This document shows, in pieces, positions 18,393 through 29,418 of a stretch of DNA of 64,000 bases. Origin of the DNA: Naegleria gruberi (Eukaryota); NCBI GenBank assembly GCA_000004985.1, contig GG738926.1. The stretch is one strand, 5' to 3'. The notes below the pieces were generated by a model that did not search any database, had not been told where the DNA came from, and saw only the letters and a list, made by a program, of their open reading frames with translations. The position numbers were made by a program, and so were the translations under genes. Position 1 is the first letter of the stretch. The number at the start of each line of letters is the position of its first letter.

Positions 18393-21300
18393 TTATTTGT
18401 TTTGTTGGTCATTGAGTTTAAATCCTAATTCCTGAGCGAGGGCTCCTGCATTGGTTCTCAAACTTCTTCGCTTCTTGTAAGCACTTCCATCTCTCAGTGA
18501 ATTCTCCAAACCTTCCAATACACCCTTTTCATTTGGCTTGAGACCAATACTGTTGGCATTGAGTTGCACAGATTTCTTTCTCATAGCTTCCTCTTCCTTC
18601 TTCTTTCTCTCTTGAATATATTTACGAGCTGACTTGAACATTTCAAAGAATTCGTCAAGTTTAGTGAAGAAATCTTCTGGCTTGTTGGTAACCATGGTCT
18701 TGTCTTCATCGAACAAGATGGCAATTTCTTCCAATCCTTCCAATGTCTTTTTCAATTTCTCTTCAAGCATGGCCAAATCAGTCTTGGTTTGTTCGTAGAA
18801 TGGTTTCATCTTTTCAATGAATTGATCTTGTTTGTTGATTTGATCAGCTTCATGTCTTTCCTTTTCCAAAGCTTCTAAAACATTTCCAAGAGCATTGGAT
18901 GAAGATCTGATATTTTGTAAACTTTCCTTAATTTGAGAAATTGAGGCCTTCTTGGCAGATGGAACATTTGGCAAATCATCGTAGAACATAGACAAATCCT
19001 TTTGGTTATTGTCAATGTATTCGACAAGGTAGTGCAACAAGGAGAAGCCATCACTGGACTTGGATTTGGTATCCTTCATCTTGTGAAGAGATGAAAGATG
19101 GAAACCATATTGATCCTTTTGTCTACCCTTTGCATTCAAATAGTTGGCAATTGACAAGACAACAGCAAGGAACTTGACAAACTTTTTAGATTCCTTGAGT
19201 TCAATAGTTGCCAATCTCAAACATTCAATATCTGGTTTCAAAGTGGACAAATCATCTTCATATCTCAACTTGAAGGTCCAAGCGTCCATTCTTTCCTTAA
19301 CTTTGGAAACATCCTTAACCTTGTAGAAGAAACAATCTGGATCTGACAATTGGGAAATGGAGCCTTCAAATGAAGCATAGGCATCACATTCTTCCTTTGT
19401 TGGAACAATGCTCTTCAGAATATTGATTTGATTCTTGTTGAGAACCTTTTCATCGAGTGCAATAATTCCTTGTTTGATAGTATCAACTGGCAAACGCATA
19501 GAAGCCAATTGAATACCAATATTGTAAGATCTCTTAGCATCGATGAATGATATTTTTTCATTGCTTTGCTTGTCACTTTGTTGAGATGGCTTATTGTGTT
19601 GATCCTTTTCGATGGTGAACAATTCTTCAATACGCTTTTCATCCAATTGAATTTGTTTGAGTCTTTCAATAACTCCCTTCTTGATAAAGATGGTATCCTT
19701 AACAACTCTCTTATTGATTGGATCAATATGAACATTTCTCAAATTGGCACTAGGATTGTAAGTTGGAAGTGCTGGAAGTGCTGGTTGAGCAACACCACCA
19801 AGCATACCAGGTGGAGGAGGCATCATTCCAGAACCAGGTGGAGGTGGGACGCCAACACCAGGAGGCATTGGAATACCTGTGCCTGGAGGAGGTGGAACAC
19901 CAACACCAGGAGGTGGAGGAGGAACCATTGTTCCTGGTGGAGGAGGAACTGATCCAGTTCCAATTGGTGGAGGAGGAACCATTACAGAAGGCACAACAAT
20001 AGCTTGTTCAACTGGTTGTTCAATAGTTGTTTCGACTGGTTTACCTGGAATGGTTGGAAGTGGCTTTCCTGTTGGAACAGGAAGTGATGGTGAGGAGGAT
20101 GATCCAGAAACAGTTTTAGTTGTTACTGATGTTACAATATCTTTCAACAATTCAAAATCATTTACATCAATAGAACCACCTTCATTGAGGGCTTTTGCGA
20201 GTTTTTCCTTTTCTGCCTTCAATTTTTGTTCCATATTTGTGAATTGAGTTTGTTGAGTTTTGACTTGTTGCTTTAAACGTTCAGTTTCTTCTCCCCAATT
20301 TCTGAGACGACCTTTCTGATCGACAGAATCAACAATTTGTTGAACTAATCCAGCCAAAACATGCCAATTTTCTTCTTGAATTGTATTATCAACACAAATA
20401 GAAGCACGTGAAACAATGGATGTACGGGTATCTTCATAGGATTGAGCAATTGAAAGGAATGAATTCAACATTTTTGTAAAGTACTTTTGAGAAATTTCAG
20501 ATAATTGTCCTAAAATAATTTCTGTCAATTCTGATGGATTTGAATCTACAATGGTCTTGAATTGTTCGAATCTATTCACATTTTCTTGATTAATTTCATC
20601 TTTGAAAGTGTTAATTTGAATTTGCAAATCAGGATCCGCAGAATCGATAGTATCCAAAACTCTTTCCAAATCCAAATTGATAAATTCTTGTTGAATCCTT
20701 GATCTCATCTTTGGATCGTCAGGAGTTGTCATTAAAGTGTTAATGAACATTAAAGCATTGACACGAAATTCAGTGCAAGCTCTTCCATGTCCTCCACCAG
20801 TGTACATAATTCCAGTGGCTGTAGTTCCACTTGCATAACTATTTTCACTCAAAATCCATTCAGCCAAATTTTGGAATCTCTTCTTTTCTCTCTTGACGAG
20901 TTTGTAATGATTCATAGCATCGAGAATGAGTTCAAATGCATCTTGTCCACTGTGATGACACAAGAGAGCAAGTAATAACAAGATGGTTGATCTGTTTTTA
21001 AGTGAAGATCCATCTAATACAAGTACCATAGTTCTGTTTTTAACAAATTTGTATGATAATTAAGTTTCATTTCAATTAAATGTAAAATTATATGAAAATT
21101 ATAAAACTTTCCATTAATATTTTCAGAAACTTACCTAATTGAATCTCTTTGACTCAAAAATGATTTAATACCAGCATCCACATTGAGCAAACTTGTAAAA
21201 CTCATTAAAATACTTGTACGTAATTGTTCAACATTATTCAAACTAGTTTGATGAACACCATTTCCACCATTATCAGTCGATGTAGAATAATTTCCAAACA

Positions 21301-22057
21301 AGGAAAAGAAATTAATGGTACAAGCCAACAAACAAGTCAATTGATACAATCCTCCTTGACGAATAAACTCTTCCAACCAAGTAATTGGTTGCGAACGAAG
21401 TTGAACTGTCAATTTTTGAACTATTTTAATCATTTCTTCAATTGACTTGTCACTATTAATTTTTTCCTATTAAAATTTTAAAACAAATCAAACAAATCAA
21501 ACAAATTCTTTTGTTACAAAACAATATATATCAAAAAATACTTACCATGGATGGACCCACAACTGATGCACTCTTTTGCAAACAGTGAATATAATAATCA
21601 ACCTTATTTCTCTCATCAGAACTGAAAGTATCTTGATTTTTACGAAGTGATTGGACGAAATCCCATTTCATTTCTTTTGTCTTGTGTTTGCTAATGAACA
21701 TTTGTTTGGCTTCATTTTGAATACCAATTTGTTCCTTTTATGGTCAATTTAGATATTTAATCAGTAGAATTAAATATTTTCGAATAGTTTACAAAGTTTA
21801 CATACAACTGCTTCCATAAATCTTCTGTTGATTTCTTCTTCATCATCTGGTATGGCTTCCTTGACAAAATTTCCTAATCCTTGATGATGAGAACCTGAAA
21901 GTGATTCTTGTGATGAAGAAGGGCTTGAAGGATTCGAAGAAGAATTAGACGAATCGTTATTCGAATTACCGGAAAGCTTGGAAAAGAACTTCTTCATAGA
22001 AGACTTTTTACGGTTTTGTTGTGGTTGTTGTTGTTCAGAATCTTGCTCGTTAACCAT
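18393..22057 (-). CDS. Formin (GBD/FH3 - FH1 polyproline - FH2), 4 exons
   Basis: Proposed model: complement join(21806..22057, 21546..21734, 21135..21466, 18393..21033), about 1137 aa. Exon 1 starts MVNEQDSEQQ. Exons 2-3 encode the armadillo-like GBD/FH3 (LTVQLRSQPITWLEEFIRQGGLYQLTCLL). Exon 4 carries the FH1 (PPPPIGTGSVPPPPGTMVPPPPPGVGVPPPPGTGIPMPPGVGVPPPPGSGMMPPPPGM) and the FH2. Intron donors are GTATGT / GTAAGT / GTAAGT, all acceptors are AG, and the phases are consistent. Confidence 0.85.
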
Positions 22058-22738
22058 GATGACGATCTAGTAATTTTTAAAATTATTCGAAAATAGACTA
22101 AACTATCATTAACGAAATTGTTGCGTTAATTTTTTCACTGGTGATAGCACAATTTGACAGGGTGATTGGTGGATATGAAACGATTTCTTTCTATTTCGGT
22201 CAACATCTATCATCAATCCTATCAACATCATCCCCAACTATTCGAAACCAAGAACGAATCTTATCTACAGCCACTATTTTATTAAGATCTTCATTTAGTC
22301 ATTATGTATTCAACCCTTTCCACACGCATCTTGTTCTTTATAAAATCTTATTCGAAACTCAAAAATCAGACAACTTTCCACTACTGTAAACTGAAGATTT
22401 ATCTTCATCATCGTCAGTCCACAAAGCATAAATTCCACTACTCAATTCTCGTTTTCCATTTTGGTTGACTTTATAAAATGATCCTGGTTCGTTTTCATCT
22501 TCAAATAAAAGTTTGGAAATGTCAAGAGGTTTGACACGTGTGTTTTCAATGAGATATTGAGCTAGTTCTTCATGATTGTTCATGTATGATATTTCGATGG
22601 GTCTGAATTGGAAGTTGATTGCTTGTTTGTGAGATTCTACATCGAGGAAACCTTCACTTCCTGTGTGTTTCTGGTATGTTATTGGAATCGAATAGGAATT
22701 AGTTTGAAACTTACATATTTCTGGGCAAGTTAGAATTT

Positions 22739-24120
22739 TTACAGAATGAATAGAGGACTACTTACAATAGGAGGACCTAACAGGTCTGGTTTCAAGTCCT
22801 TTCTCATATTTACAAATAATTTAACAATTTCTAAATCTCCTTTCGAACAAAGCTCATAAAATACGAAACCTCTATTAACATCCAAGTCTTTTCTAGAAAG
22901 TAATTTAGTGATTACTTCAAATTTGGTTTGGTTACTCAATTTGATGGCGCTTTTCAATATTAACCCATCTTCAATATTCAAATCAAGATTTGTATTCGTA
23001 AGGAAACGTGAAAGAATTTCAGAATTTTCTAAACAATAAGCAAGTGGACAACCTTGATTGATATCAATGTTTGGATTATTCAGAAATAGCTGCACCATTT
23101 CAAGATTACCAGATTTACAAACTTGAACAAACGATTGACATTCGTTTGGATTAGTTTTTGAGTTTTCCAACAATATTCCAATAATGTCCATACTATGATT
23201 ATCATCCAGAGCTATTCTCAGTGGTGTTATGTGCTCAATCTTATCCAAACTATCTCTCAAAATATGTGGAAACTTTTCAAATAGGTTCGTCTCTGAAACT
23301 TCCTTAATTCCAAAATTAGTATCAATATTTGGCTTTTTCAAAATCAATTTCACAATGTGTTTGCTCGCCTTCTTCATTGCCAGAAACAGTATCGACCTGC
23401 CATGTAATTCTGAAACACTCGATGTCCCAAATGTCAAATATCCTGCATATCCCTTATTAATATCAATGTCACTCCTTCCCATCAAAATCTCAGCAGTTGA
23501 ATAATGACCATTCTCAATAGCCACATACAAAGCTGTCTTGGCACATGGAAAAATCAAATCACCTTCAGATTTATGCTTCTTCTCATGAATTTTCAAATCA
23601 CTTTTCGATTTTCTAAATTCGTCTTGTCCCTTCTTTACATCATTCTTTTGGAAATTTAAAATTTTTGTAATTTTAAATGGAAAATTACTTACAATCTGAA
23701 TAATGGTCAAATTTACAAATTAAAATTCACTAAAATTGACAAGAAACTTACTCTTTCAATTTGAATTGAAAATTTGTTCACTTGAATGTGATTCGAATTA
23801 TTGAACGAAAGTAGCAGCTTGACAATTTCATCGTGACCTCTTTTACTGGCCAAATAGAGTGGAGTTTTGGTTGAATAGGCATTATCACATCCCAAATTAA
23901 TATCCAAATCAGGACATTCTAATAATTTATGAATAATCGAAAGGTCACCTCCGAAATGTTTAATTGCTTCGTATAAAAGCGAATGACCTTTATCATTTAG
24001 TTGGTTGATGATGTGGTTTAATTTCATGTGGGAAAGTTGTTCCACCTTTCCTTGTTGAATGAGTTCGAATGCATGATGCTTTCGGTAGGAATCTAATAGA
24101 AACATTTTTTTTAATGTCAA
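22739..24120 (-). CDS. Ankyrin-repeat protein (2 exons resolved, possible additional 3' exons)
   Basis: Exon 1 ~23751..24105 has its true ATG at 24105 (MFLLDSYRKHH...); the track starts at a TTG. A GTAAGT donor is at ~23745-23750 and the acceptor ...ccaaaag| is at ~23655. Exon 2 runs down to 22739. It contains multiple ANK repeats (TPLYLASKRGHDEIVKLLL; TALYVAIENGHYSTAEILM; NPNIDINQGCPLAYCLENS...). A GTAAGT at ~22770-22775 just before the in-frame stop suggests splicing to downstream exons, including the ORF 22359..22583. Confidence 0.7.
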
Positions 24121-24598
24121 AAAGAAATGAGGTTCAATAATGGAAAGTATGGTTGCTGATTGGTTTCGTTTTGGTAATTTTGTAGTTTATTCAAAGTCTT
24201 ACAGTTCCACAGCTTCACAAATATGTTTCTTTACAAAAGGTTAGTTTTATTCGAAACCATTCTTATTGTAAACTAACAAAAACCGTAGTTGATTACACAA
24301 ATCATAAACTACACATTGCTAATCACAAATCAACAAATAAACTGTCGTTTGACGATTAATACAATGTACGAAGAGATCTACAAGTTTAAATGACACGATA
24401 TTCTATTGGAAACTTAGTTTTCGAAACTTTAACACACTATTCCAAAATGTTGAAATTTACTAATAGAACACAATTTCTTTAATCATCAAGGTAACTTTCG
24501 TATAAAACCAGCTCACATTAGCTAAGCTTTCGAATAACATTGTTAACAAAAAATAACGTAAAACATGCAAGGAAACAAATTGATTATTTGCCTCTCTG

Positions 24599-25444
24599 TT
24601 GTGTTTATTCCTCTTTTTCATCCAAATGTCAGCTGCCACTTGGCCTTCCCAAGTTGTCAACATTACCAGTTGGAAATTAACTCTTCCAATAGGTGAAATC
24701 GGTGATCCCATTGAAATCTACCAACCAACTCTCAACCAATACATTCTAAATCCTTATTTTGGAGTTGGACCAAACAAGACATCTATTCGATTCAGAGTTG
24801 TCATTACAAACGAAACTGTTACAACTTCTGGATCTAATTATCCAAGAAGTGAGCTTAGAGAAATGGATTCTGTTAATCCTAGTTCTGTAAAAGCTAGTTG
24901 GAATACTAGTGTTGGTGTTCATACGATGATTATTGATCAAACTATTACGAAACTTCCTGCTATTCGAAACAAATTAATTGCTGGTCAAATTCATGATGCT
25001 GACGAATTTATTGTGACCATAAATTTGGAGGGCACTAAACTCTACATTAATGTGCAAGATGTTGGAACCACAACCATCACAAAAAATTACATTTTGGGAA
25101 CAAGATTCCAAATTAAGATTCAAGCCAAAAATGGAACTACAAGTATTTATTACAATGATATGAATACCCCAGTTTATTCCGTTTCCAAGACCTATAAGGG
25201 AGCTTACTTTAAGGCAGGTTGTTATTCGCAATCCAATTGCGCCTACGAAGGAACTTCTTGTGGAAAGTCCAGTAATTATGCTGAAGTGTTAATTCACAAT
25301 TTGACAGTTACTCATGAATATCCAAAAACTGGAAGAAAGGGGATGAAATGGTTTGGAGAAACAAATGATGTACCTGCTGTGAGATTTGGATTGGTCAATT
25401 TGGTCATTGTTTGTTTAGTGTTTGCATTTATGGCACTTTTTTAA
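24599..25444 (+). CDS. Polysaccharide lyase family 7 (alginate-lyase-2 fold) protein, secreted, with C-terminal hydrophobic (GPI/TM-like) tail
   Basis: PL7 signature residues occur in the canonical order: RSELRE, QIH (LIAGQIHDAD), YFKAGCYSQS. This is followed by a C-terminal hydrophobic VRFGLVNLVIVCLVFAFMALF. The track start is a TTG and the first in-frame ATG is at 24626. An ATG at 24565 encodes a good signal peptide (MQGNKLIICLSVVFIPLF) but sits in the +1 frame. Confidence 0.7.
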   Translation: MCLFLFFIQMSAATWPSQVVNITSWKLTLPIGEIGDPIEIYQPTLNQYILNPYFGVGPNKTSIRFRVVITNETVTTSGSNYPRSELREMDSVNPSSVKASWNTSVGVHTMIIDQTITKLPAIRNKLIAGQIHDADEFIVTINLEGTKLYINVQDVGTTTITKNYILGTRFQIKIQAKNGTTSIYYNDMNTPVYSVSKTYKGAYFKAGCYSQSNCAYEGTSCGKSSNYAEVLIHNLTVTHEYPKTGRKGMKWFGETNDVPAVRFGLVNLVIVCLVFAFMALF

Positions 25445-25461
25445 TAAAAATTGAAGAGATA

Positions 25462-26958
25462 TTATTCGAAAGTAAATCCCAAAGATTCAGTTTGTGTAAC
25501 AATTGAAACATCACTAAATATTCCCTTTTCATAACAAGATTTCACTTTCTTTGCCATTAATTCAGCCTTCGAATATTCTTCCTTATTGAACTTCCAATAG
25601 AAAAATGCAAACTTTTTGTGTTGTTCTTGCCACATCAAACAATCGATTTCGAATACTTTTCCATAAGGATAGCATACAGGTGAAGTGAATTTGTACGGAT
25701 AGGTCATGTGCTTATTTCTATCATCCACATCAATTGAACTGTCATTGTAAACTGTTACCAATAAACAGTCAACTTGCAAATATTTTACAATCTTTCGTTG
25801 AGTTTCAATGCAAGATTCTTCTTTAGCATTTTCTTCTTTATCTAATTGAATTTGTTCTTTTCTTTCATCCTCTTGAGTTTCTTCTTGAGTTTCGTCTTCA
25901 CTTTCTTCCTCACTTTCTTCTTCAATTTCTTCTTCTTCTTCACTCTCATCTTCTAAACTTTCTTCCTCATCATCTTCAGATTCCACTCCACGAGCTTTAA
26001 TAATATTTCCTCTTTGAATTTTAACAATTCCATAACCATCAGTAGTTGCCACAATTCCATCATGTCCAAAATCAACATCAATACATCTGACAGAATTTGA
26101 TAGCTCAATTTGCTTGAACATGTAAAAGTTTGGATAAACTCCAGAAGATTTCGAAACACAATATTGAGAAGCATTCTCACCACAAACATAAATTGTGCCA
26201 CTATTCGAAAGTGCAACAACTCTCCTATAAAATCCAACAACCTTAATAAAGAAAGGTTTAGGGCACTTTCTTTGGAGCTTGATTTCACATTCGCCAAGAT
26301 TCACAACGGTTTGCACATTTTTCTGACCTCTTGCAGCAGCTCCATCATAATTATATCCTAAACTGTAAAGGTTTCCATCAGAAAGTATTAGAAATAGAGC
26401 TGGCTCATTTGCTCCCATGCTTATGATGTCCAAATTTCTAGCCTCTTCAACTTCAAACAATGGACATTGTGTTTTGGTATTGTAAAGTTTCATTTGCATG
26501 ATTCCAATTTGTGTGAAATTCTTTCCAAATTGAGAATAATTATTTAGACGAAAGAGAGGATCCATTAAGTTGGTGTTATTGAGAGAAACAACAAGTAATC
26601 TCTTGTAAACTGTTGATAGAAAGAGAAATCCTTGCGAATAGGCCATGTGTTTGACATCTTTCCATGAAAATGTTTGATTTCCATTCGATTCGATAAAAGT
26701 TTCGAATACTTGTTTGATTTTTAAATCAATGACGAATGGACCGGGACCTTTAACGATGAAGCATTTGATGTCATTCGCGTCTTTATCTGTATTGCATCCT
26801 AGACAAATTGTAACTCCACTCTTTTTGCAATCCGAAACCGCTTGGTCAATTCGCAAGTTGGCAAGATTAGGATAATGTTCAGAAGAAAGATAATTCTCTT
26901 GCATGTAACCCTTATAGGAAGGGAATGGTACAACTCCAGCATAGCTAGGATGAGACAT
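25462..26958 (-). CDS. Hypothetical protein with weak RCC1-like beta-propeller repeats and an acidic E/D-rich tract
   Basis: 498 aa with a true ATG. It has repeated G-rich beta-strand motifs (LSDGNLYSLGYNYDGAAARGQ; LSNSGTIYVCGENASQYC; HDGIVATTDGYGIV). A ~50-aa poly-E/D run sits in the coding sequence at ~25860-25990. No firm domain. Confidence 0.45.
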   Translation of the reverse strand: MSHPSYAGVVPFPSYKGYMQENYLSSEHYPNLANLRIDQAVSDCKKSGVTICLGCNTDKDANDIKCFIVKGPGPFVIDLKIKQVFETFIESNGNQTFSWKDVKHMAYSQGFLFLSTVYKRLLVVSLNNTNLMDPLFRLNNYSQFGKNFTQIGIMQMKLYNTKTQCPLFEVEEARNLDIISMGANEPALFLILSDGNLYSLGYNYDGAAARGQKNVQTVVNLGECEIKLQRKCPKPFFIKVVGFYRRVVALSNSGTIYVCGENASQYCVSKSSGVYPNFYMFKQIELSNSVRCIDVDFGHDGIVATTDGYGIVKIQRGNIIKARGVESEDDEEESLEDESEEEEEIEEESEEESEDETQEETQEDERKEQIQLDKEENAKEESCIETQRKIVKYLQVDCLLVTVYNDSSIDVDDRNKHMTYPYKFTSPVCYPYGKVFEIDCLMWQEQHKKFAFFYWKFNKEEYSKAELMAKKVKSCYEKGIFSDVSIVTQTESLGFTFE

Positions 26959-27160
26959 TTTTTAACACAAAATCTTTTTCGTGTTTCGGATAAGAATAGT
27001 TTCTTTTAAATAGTTTAATCATGTTACATCCAAAAATGTTACATTCCAAAGTAATTAAAAATGCTTCAAATATTTGCTTGGGTTATTATAATGATATCTG
27101 TGTCCATCCTTGACATTTGAAAGTTGGTTTTAATTGCACTTGTCAACCTTAGTGGTCAAC

Positions 27161-28105
27161 TTATGCTTTCTTCAATATGAATTTCCCGACACCCATGCAA
27201 CAATCCTTATTGTATCCATATATAGTTCCTTCCCATCCATTAATTGTTCTATTACCATCCAAATACAAGAAGTTTTTGTTATCTGCATCATCTGGTAAAT
27301 CCATGAAAGGAAATAAATCTGAAATTGAATTATCATAGTTCAGTACTATTCTATTGCTCATATCAAAGTATGGCTTTACATCATAATCATCTTTAATATC
27401 TGTGGCAGTGTAAATATTCCAATAATTATTGATAATATCTTGTCGTAGTCTTATTTCTTCCTTACTCTTTTCTAACATGATTGGATCCTTAATGATTCTG
27501 AAACTGCAACCCTCCGAAATGATGCATTCTCCAATAGGAGGATGAGCTTGTACTGGAGTTATAACCTTTATCATGCTCTTATCTTTAAATTCATAATTAG
27601 AAACAGAAAATTTCTTCTTTTCTGTATCGTAATACAAGTAATTATCCATATAGAAATTGAAAACTCCAATTTCAAAACATCCTGGAACTTTGACTTGACT
27701 CCACTTGTCCTTATTAGCATCAATTTTCTCCTCAAATTTAACATGTAAACTATGCTTCAATCCATTTCTCAATTTTTTCAACATACTTGCATAATTACCA
27801 TGTCCAACAAAGTTAAACAATAAAGTAGCCAATGAATCATTATATTCCAATTCAGCAATATATTCAACACCCAATTCTGGAACATTTTCCAATGCTGCAT
27901 TCGCTTCTCCCCAATTATCACTCACTTCCCAAGCACTAGCTCCCCATTCCTGAGAACTCACATCCACACCCCATTCAGCAACAGCTCCATCATCATCCTG
28001 AGCAACTGTATCTACTCCCCATTCAGCAACAGCTCCATNNNNNNNNNNNNNNNNNNNNNNNNNNNNNNNNNNNNNNNNNNNNNNNNNNACGTTCCGAAGA
28101 GACAT
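27161..28105 (-). CDS. Hypothetical protein with N-terminal AVAEWGVD tandem repeats interrupted by the assembly gap
   Basis: ATG at 28105 (MSLRN...). The ORF reads through the N-run. A 16-17-aa repeat (GAVAEWGVDTVAQDDD) occurs at least twice next to the gap. The C-terminal 260 aa are unique. Confidence 0.45.
   Translation of the reverse strand: MSLRNXXXXXXXXXXXXXXXXXXGAVAEWGVDTVAQDDDGAVAEWGVDVSSQEWGASAWEVSDNWGEANAALENVPELGVEYIAELEYNDSLATLLFNFVGHGNYASMLKKLRNGLKHSLHVKFEEKIDANKDKWSQVKVPGCFEIGVFNFYMDNYLYYDTEKKKFSVSNYEFKDKSMIKVITPVQAHPPIGECIISEGCSFRIIKDPIMLEKSKEEIRLRQDIINNYWNIYTATDIKDDYDVKPYFDMSNRIVLNYDNSISDLFPFMDLPDDADNKNFLYLDGNRTINGWEGTIYGYNKDCCMGVGKFILKKA
27935..28038. repeat. Tandem ~48-51-bp coding repeat (unit ccccattcagcaacagctccatcatcatcctgagcaactgtatctact), truncated by gap
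   Basis: Two copies of ccccattcagcaacagctccat are visible 48-51 nt apart, directly abutting the N-run. Confidence 0.7.
28039..28088. other. Assembly gap (50 N)
   Basis: Run of 50 'n' characters. Confidence 0.99.
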
Positions 28106-28434
28106 GAAGTTGTTGTTGTGGATATTTTTTTTTCTTTCAATGAAAGTTAAATATTGAAATTGAGAGAATTTTGTTGTAATTTGTGAAATTGAATTGTTCA
28201 GGTTGAGTTAATAATTTAATATTATAGTTAATGGAGGGAGTTTAAAGGAGTAGTTCAATAGGTGATCTATCTATTGATTTCATTCAAATGAGCAAATAAC
28301 CAAAACTAAACTCCATACTTGGTTCCTCAACGACTTTCCATGTTACAGAATCAAATTCGAAACAAGGATGAAAATTTCAAAAACTAAAAATATCACAAAA
28401 AGCACAAAAACTTTAAAATTCACAAAATTTCGAT

Positions 28435-29178
28435 GTGATGAAATTTTCAAATCATAAAAAAATGTCTGCAACTATTAATAATAGATTGGCTGTTGTTCCT
28501 AATAGAATGACCTTACAATTAATGGAGAATCGTTTGAATAGTGCTAAACGTGGTCAGTCGATGCTTAGCAAGAAATCAGATGCTTTGAGAAATAAGTTTT
28601 ATTCGATTGTGAACGAAATCAAGGAAGAAAAGGAAGGAATGACAAGCTTGTTTCGAAAATCATTCTTTTCATTGACTGAGGCAAGATATAGTGCTGGAGA
28701 TTTATCATTTGCAGTTACTGAAAGTGTTAAATCTGCAGCAATAAGAGTCACAAGTCATATGGAAAATGTGTCAGGTGTCAAATTTGCTGTATTTACACAA
28801 GTTGATAATCAAGAAGATAAATTGCAAATGAAGAAATCACCTTCAAGAACCCAACTTTCATTCCTCTCAAGAGGAGGTGAAGAAATTCAAAATTGCAAAT
28901 TGACATTTTCTGAAACTCTTCACAAAATGATTCGTTTAGCAAATTTGCAAACAAGTTTCATTTCATTGGATCAAGCCATCAAATCAACCAATCGTCGTGT
29001 TAATGCCTTAGAAAAGATCATTCAACCAAAGATTTCCAATACCATTTCGTATATTAATGAAGAATTGGAACAAACTGAGAAGGAAGATATTTACAGATTG
29101 AAGAAAATTCGTCAAAATAAGATTAAGCAAGCAAGACTGAAGAAATCAAACTCATCCACTCCAAGAATATTGCGCTAA
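28435..29178 (+). CDS. vatD: V-type H+-ATPase subunit D
   Basis: RLAVVPNRMTLQLMENRLNSAKRGQSMLSKKSDALRNKFYSIVNEI is the hallmark N-terminal region of V-ATPase subunit D. The length (~238-247 aa) and the coiled-coil C-terminus fit. The likely true start is the in-frame ATG (MSATINN) about 27 nt downstream of the track start. Confidence 0.9.
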   Translation: MMKFSNHKKMSATINNRLAVVPNRMTLQLMENRLNSAKRGQSMLSKKSDALRNKFYSIVNEIKEEKEGMTSLFRKSFFSLTEARYSAGDLSFAVTESVKSAAIRVTSHMENVSGVKFAVFTQVDNQEDKLQMKKSPSRTQLSFLSRGGEEIQNCKLTFSETLHKMIRLANLQTSFISLDQAIKSTNRRVNALEKIIQPKISNTISYINEELEQTEKEDIYRLKKIRQNKIKQARLKKSNSSTPRILR

Positions 29179-29418
29179 TTTGCCATTGATTTAACTGTAC
29201 ATACCAAAATTAGCAATTGAAAATAAATTCCAAATTAAGAACTTTAAAATTCATCAATTTCCAACAAAATTCAAAAATTCACTCTACAAGATCAAAAACA
29301 AAGCTAATCCAGAAATCAAGGCATGATGACGACGATGATGACGTATTTACATATTACAAAAGTTTTTTAAAGATTGATGGAAACTGTGAACTTGCTAATT
29401 TACAATTTTTAAAAAAAA

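Noticed and set aside
19566-20247. Proline/Gly-rich + strand ORFs (19566..19952, 19763..20002, 19879..20247)
   Set aside because: They are the reverse-complement frames of the formin FH1 polyproline coding region, so they are compositional artefacts.
24599-24625. Track start codons that are TTG/GTG (e.g. 24599, 24120, 33601, 35771, 57849, 60755, 61267, 61752)
   Set aside because: The ORF track evidently allows bacterial alternative starts. In this eukaryotic context I moved the starts to the first in-frame ATG or treated the segment as an internal exon.
28039-28088. N-run as a possible biological feature
   Set aside because: It is an assembly gap placeholder, not sequence.
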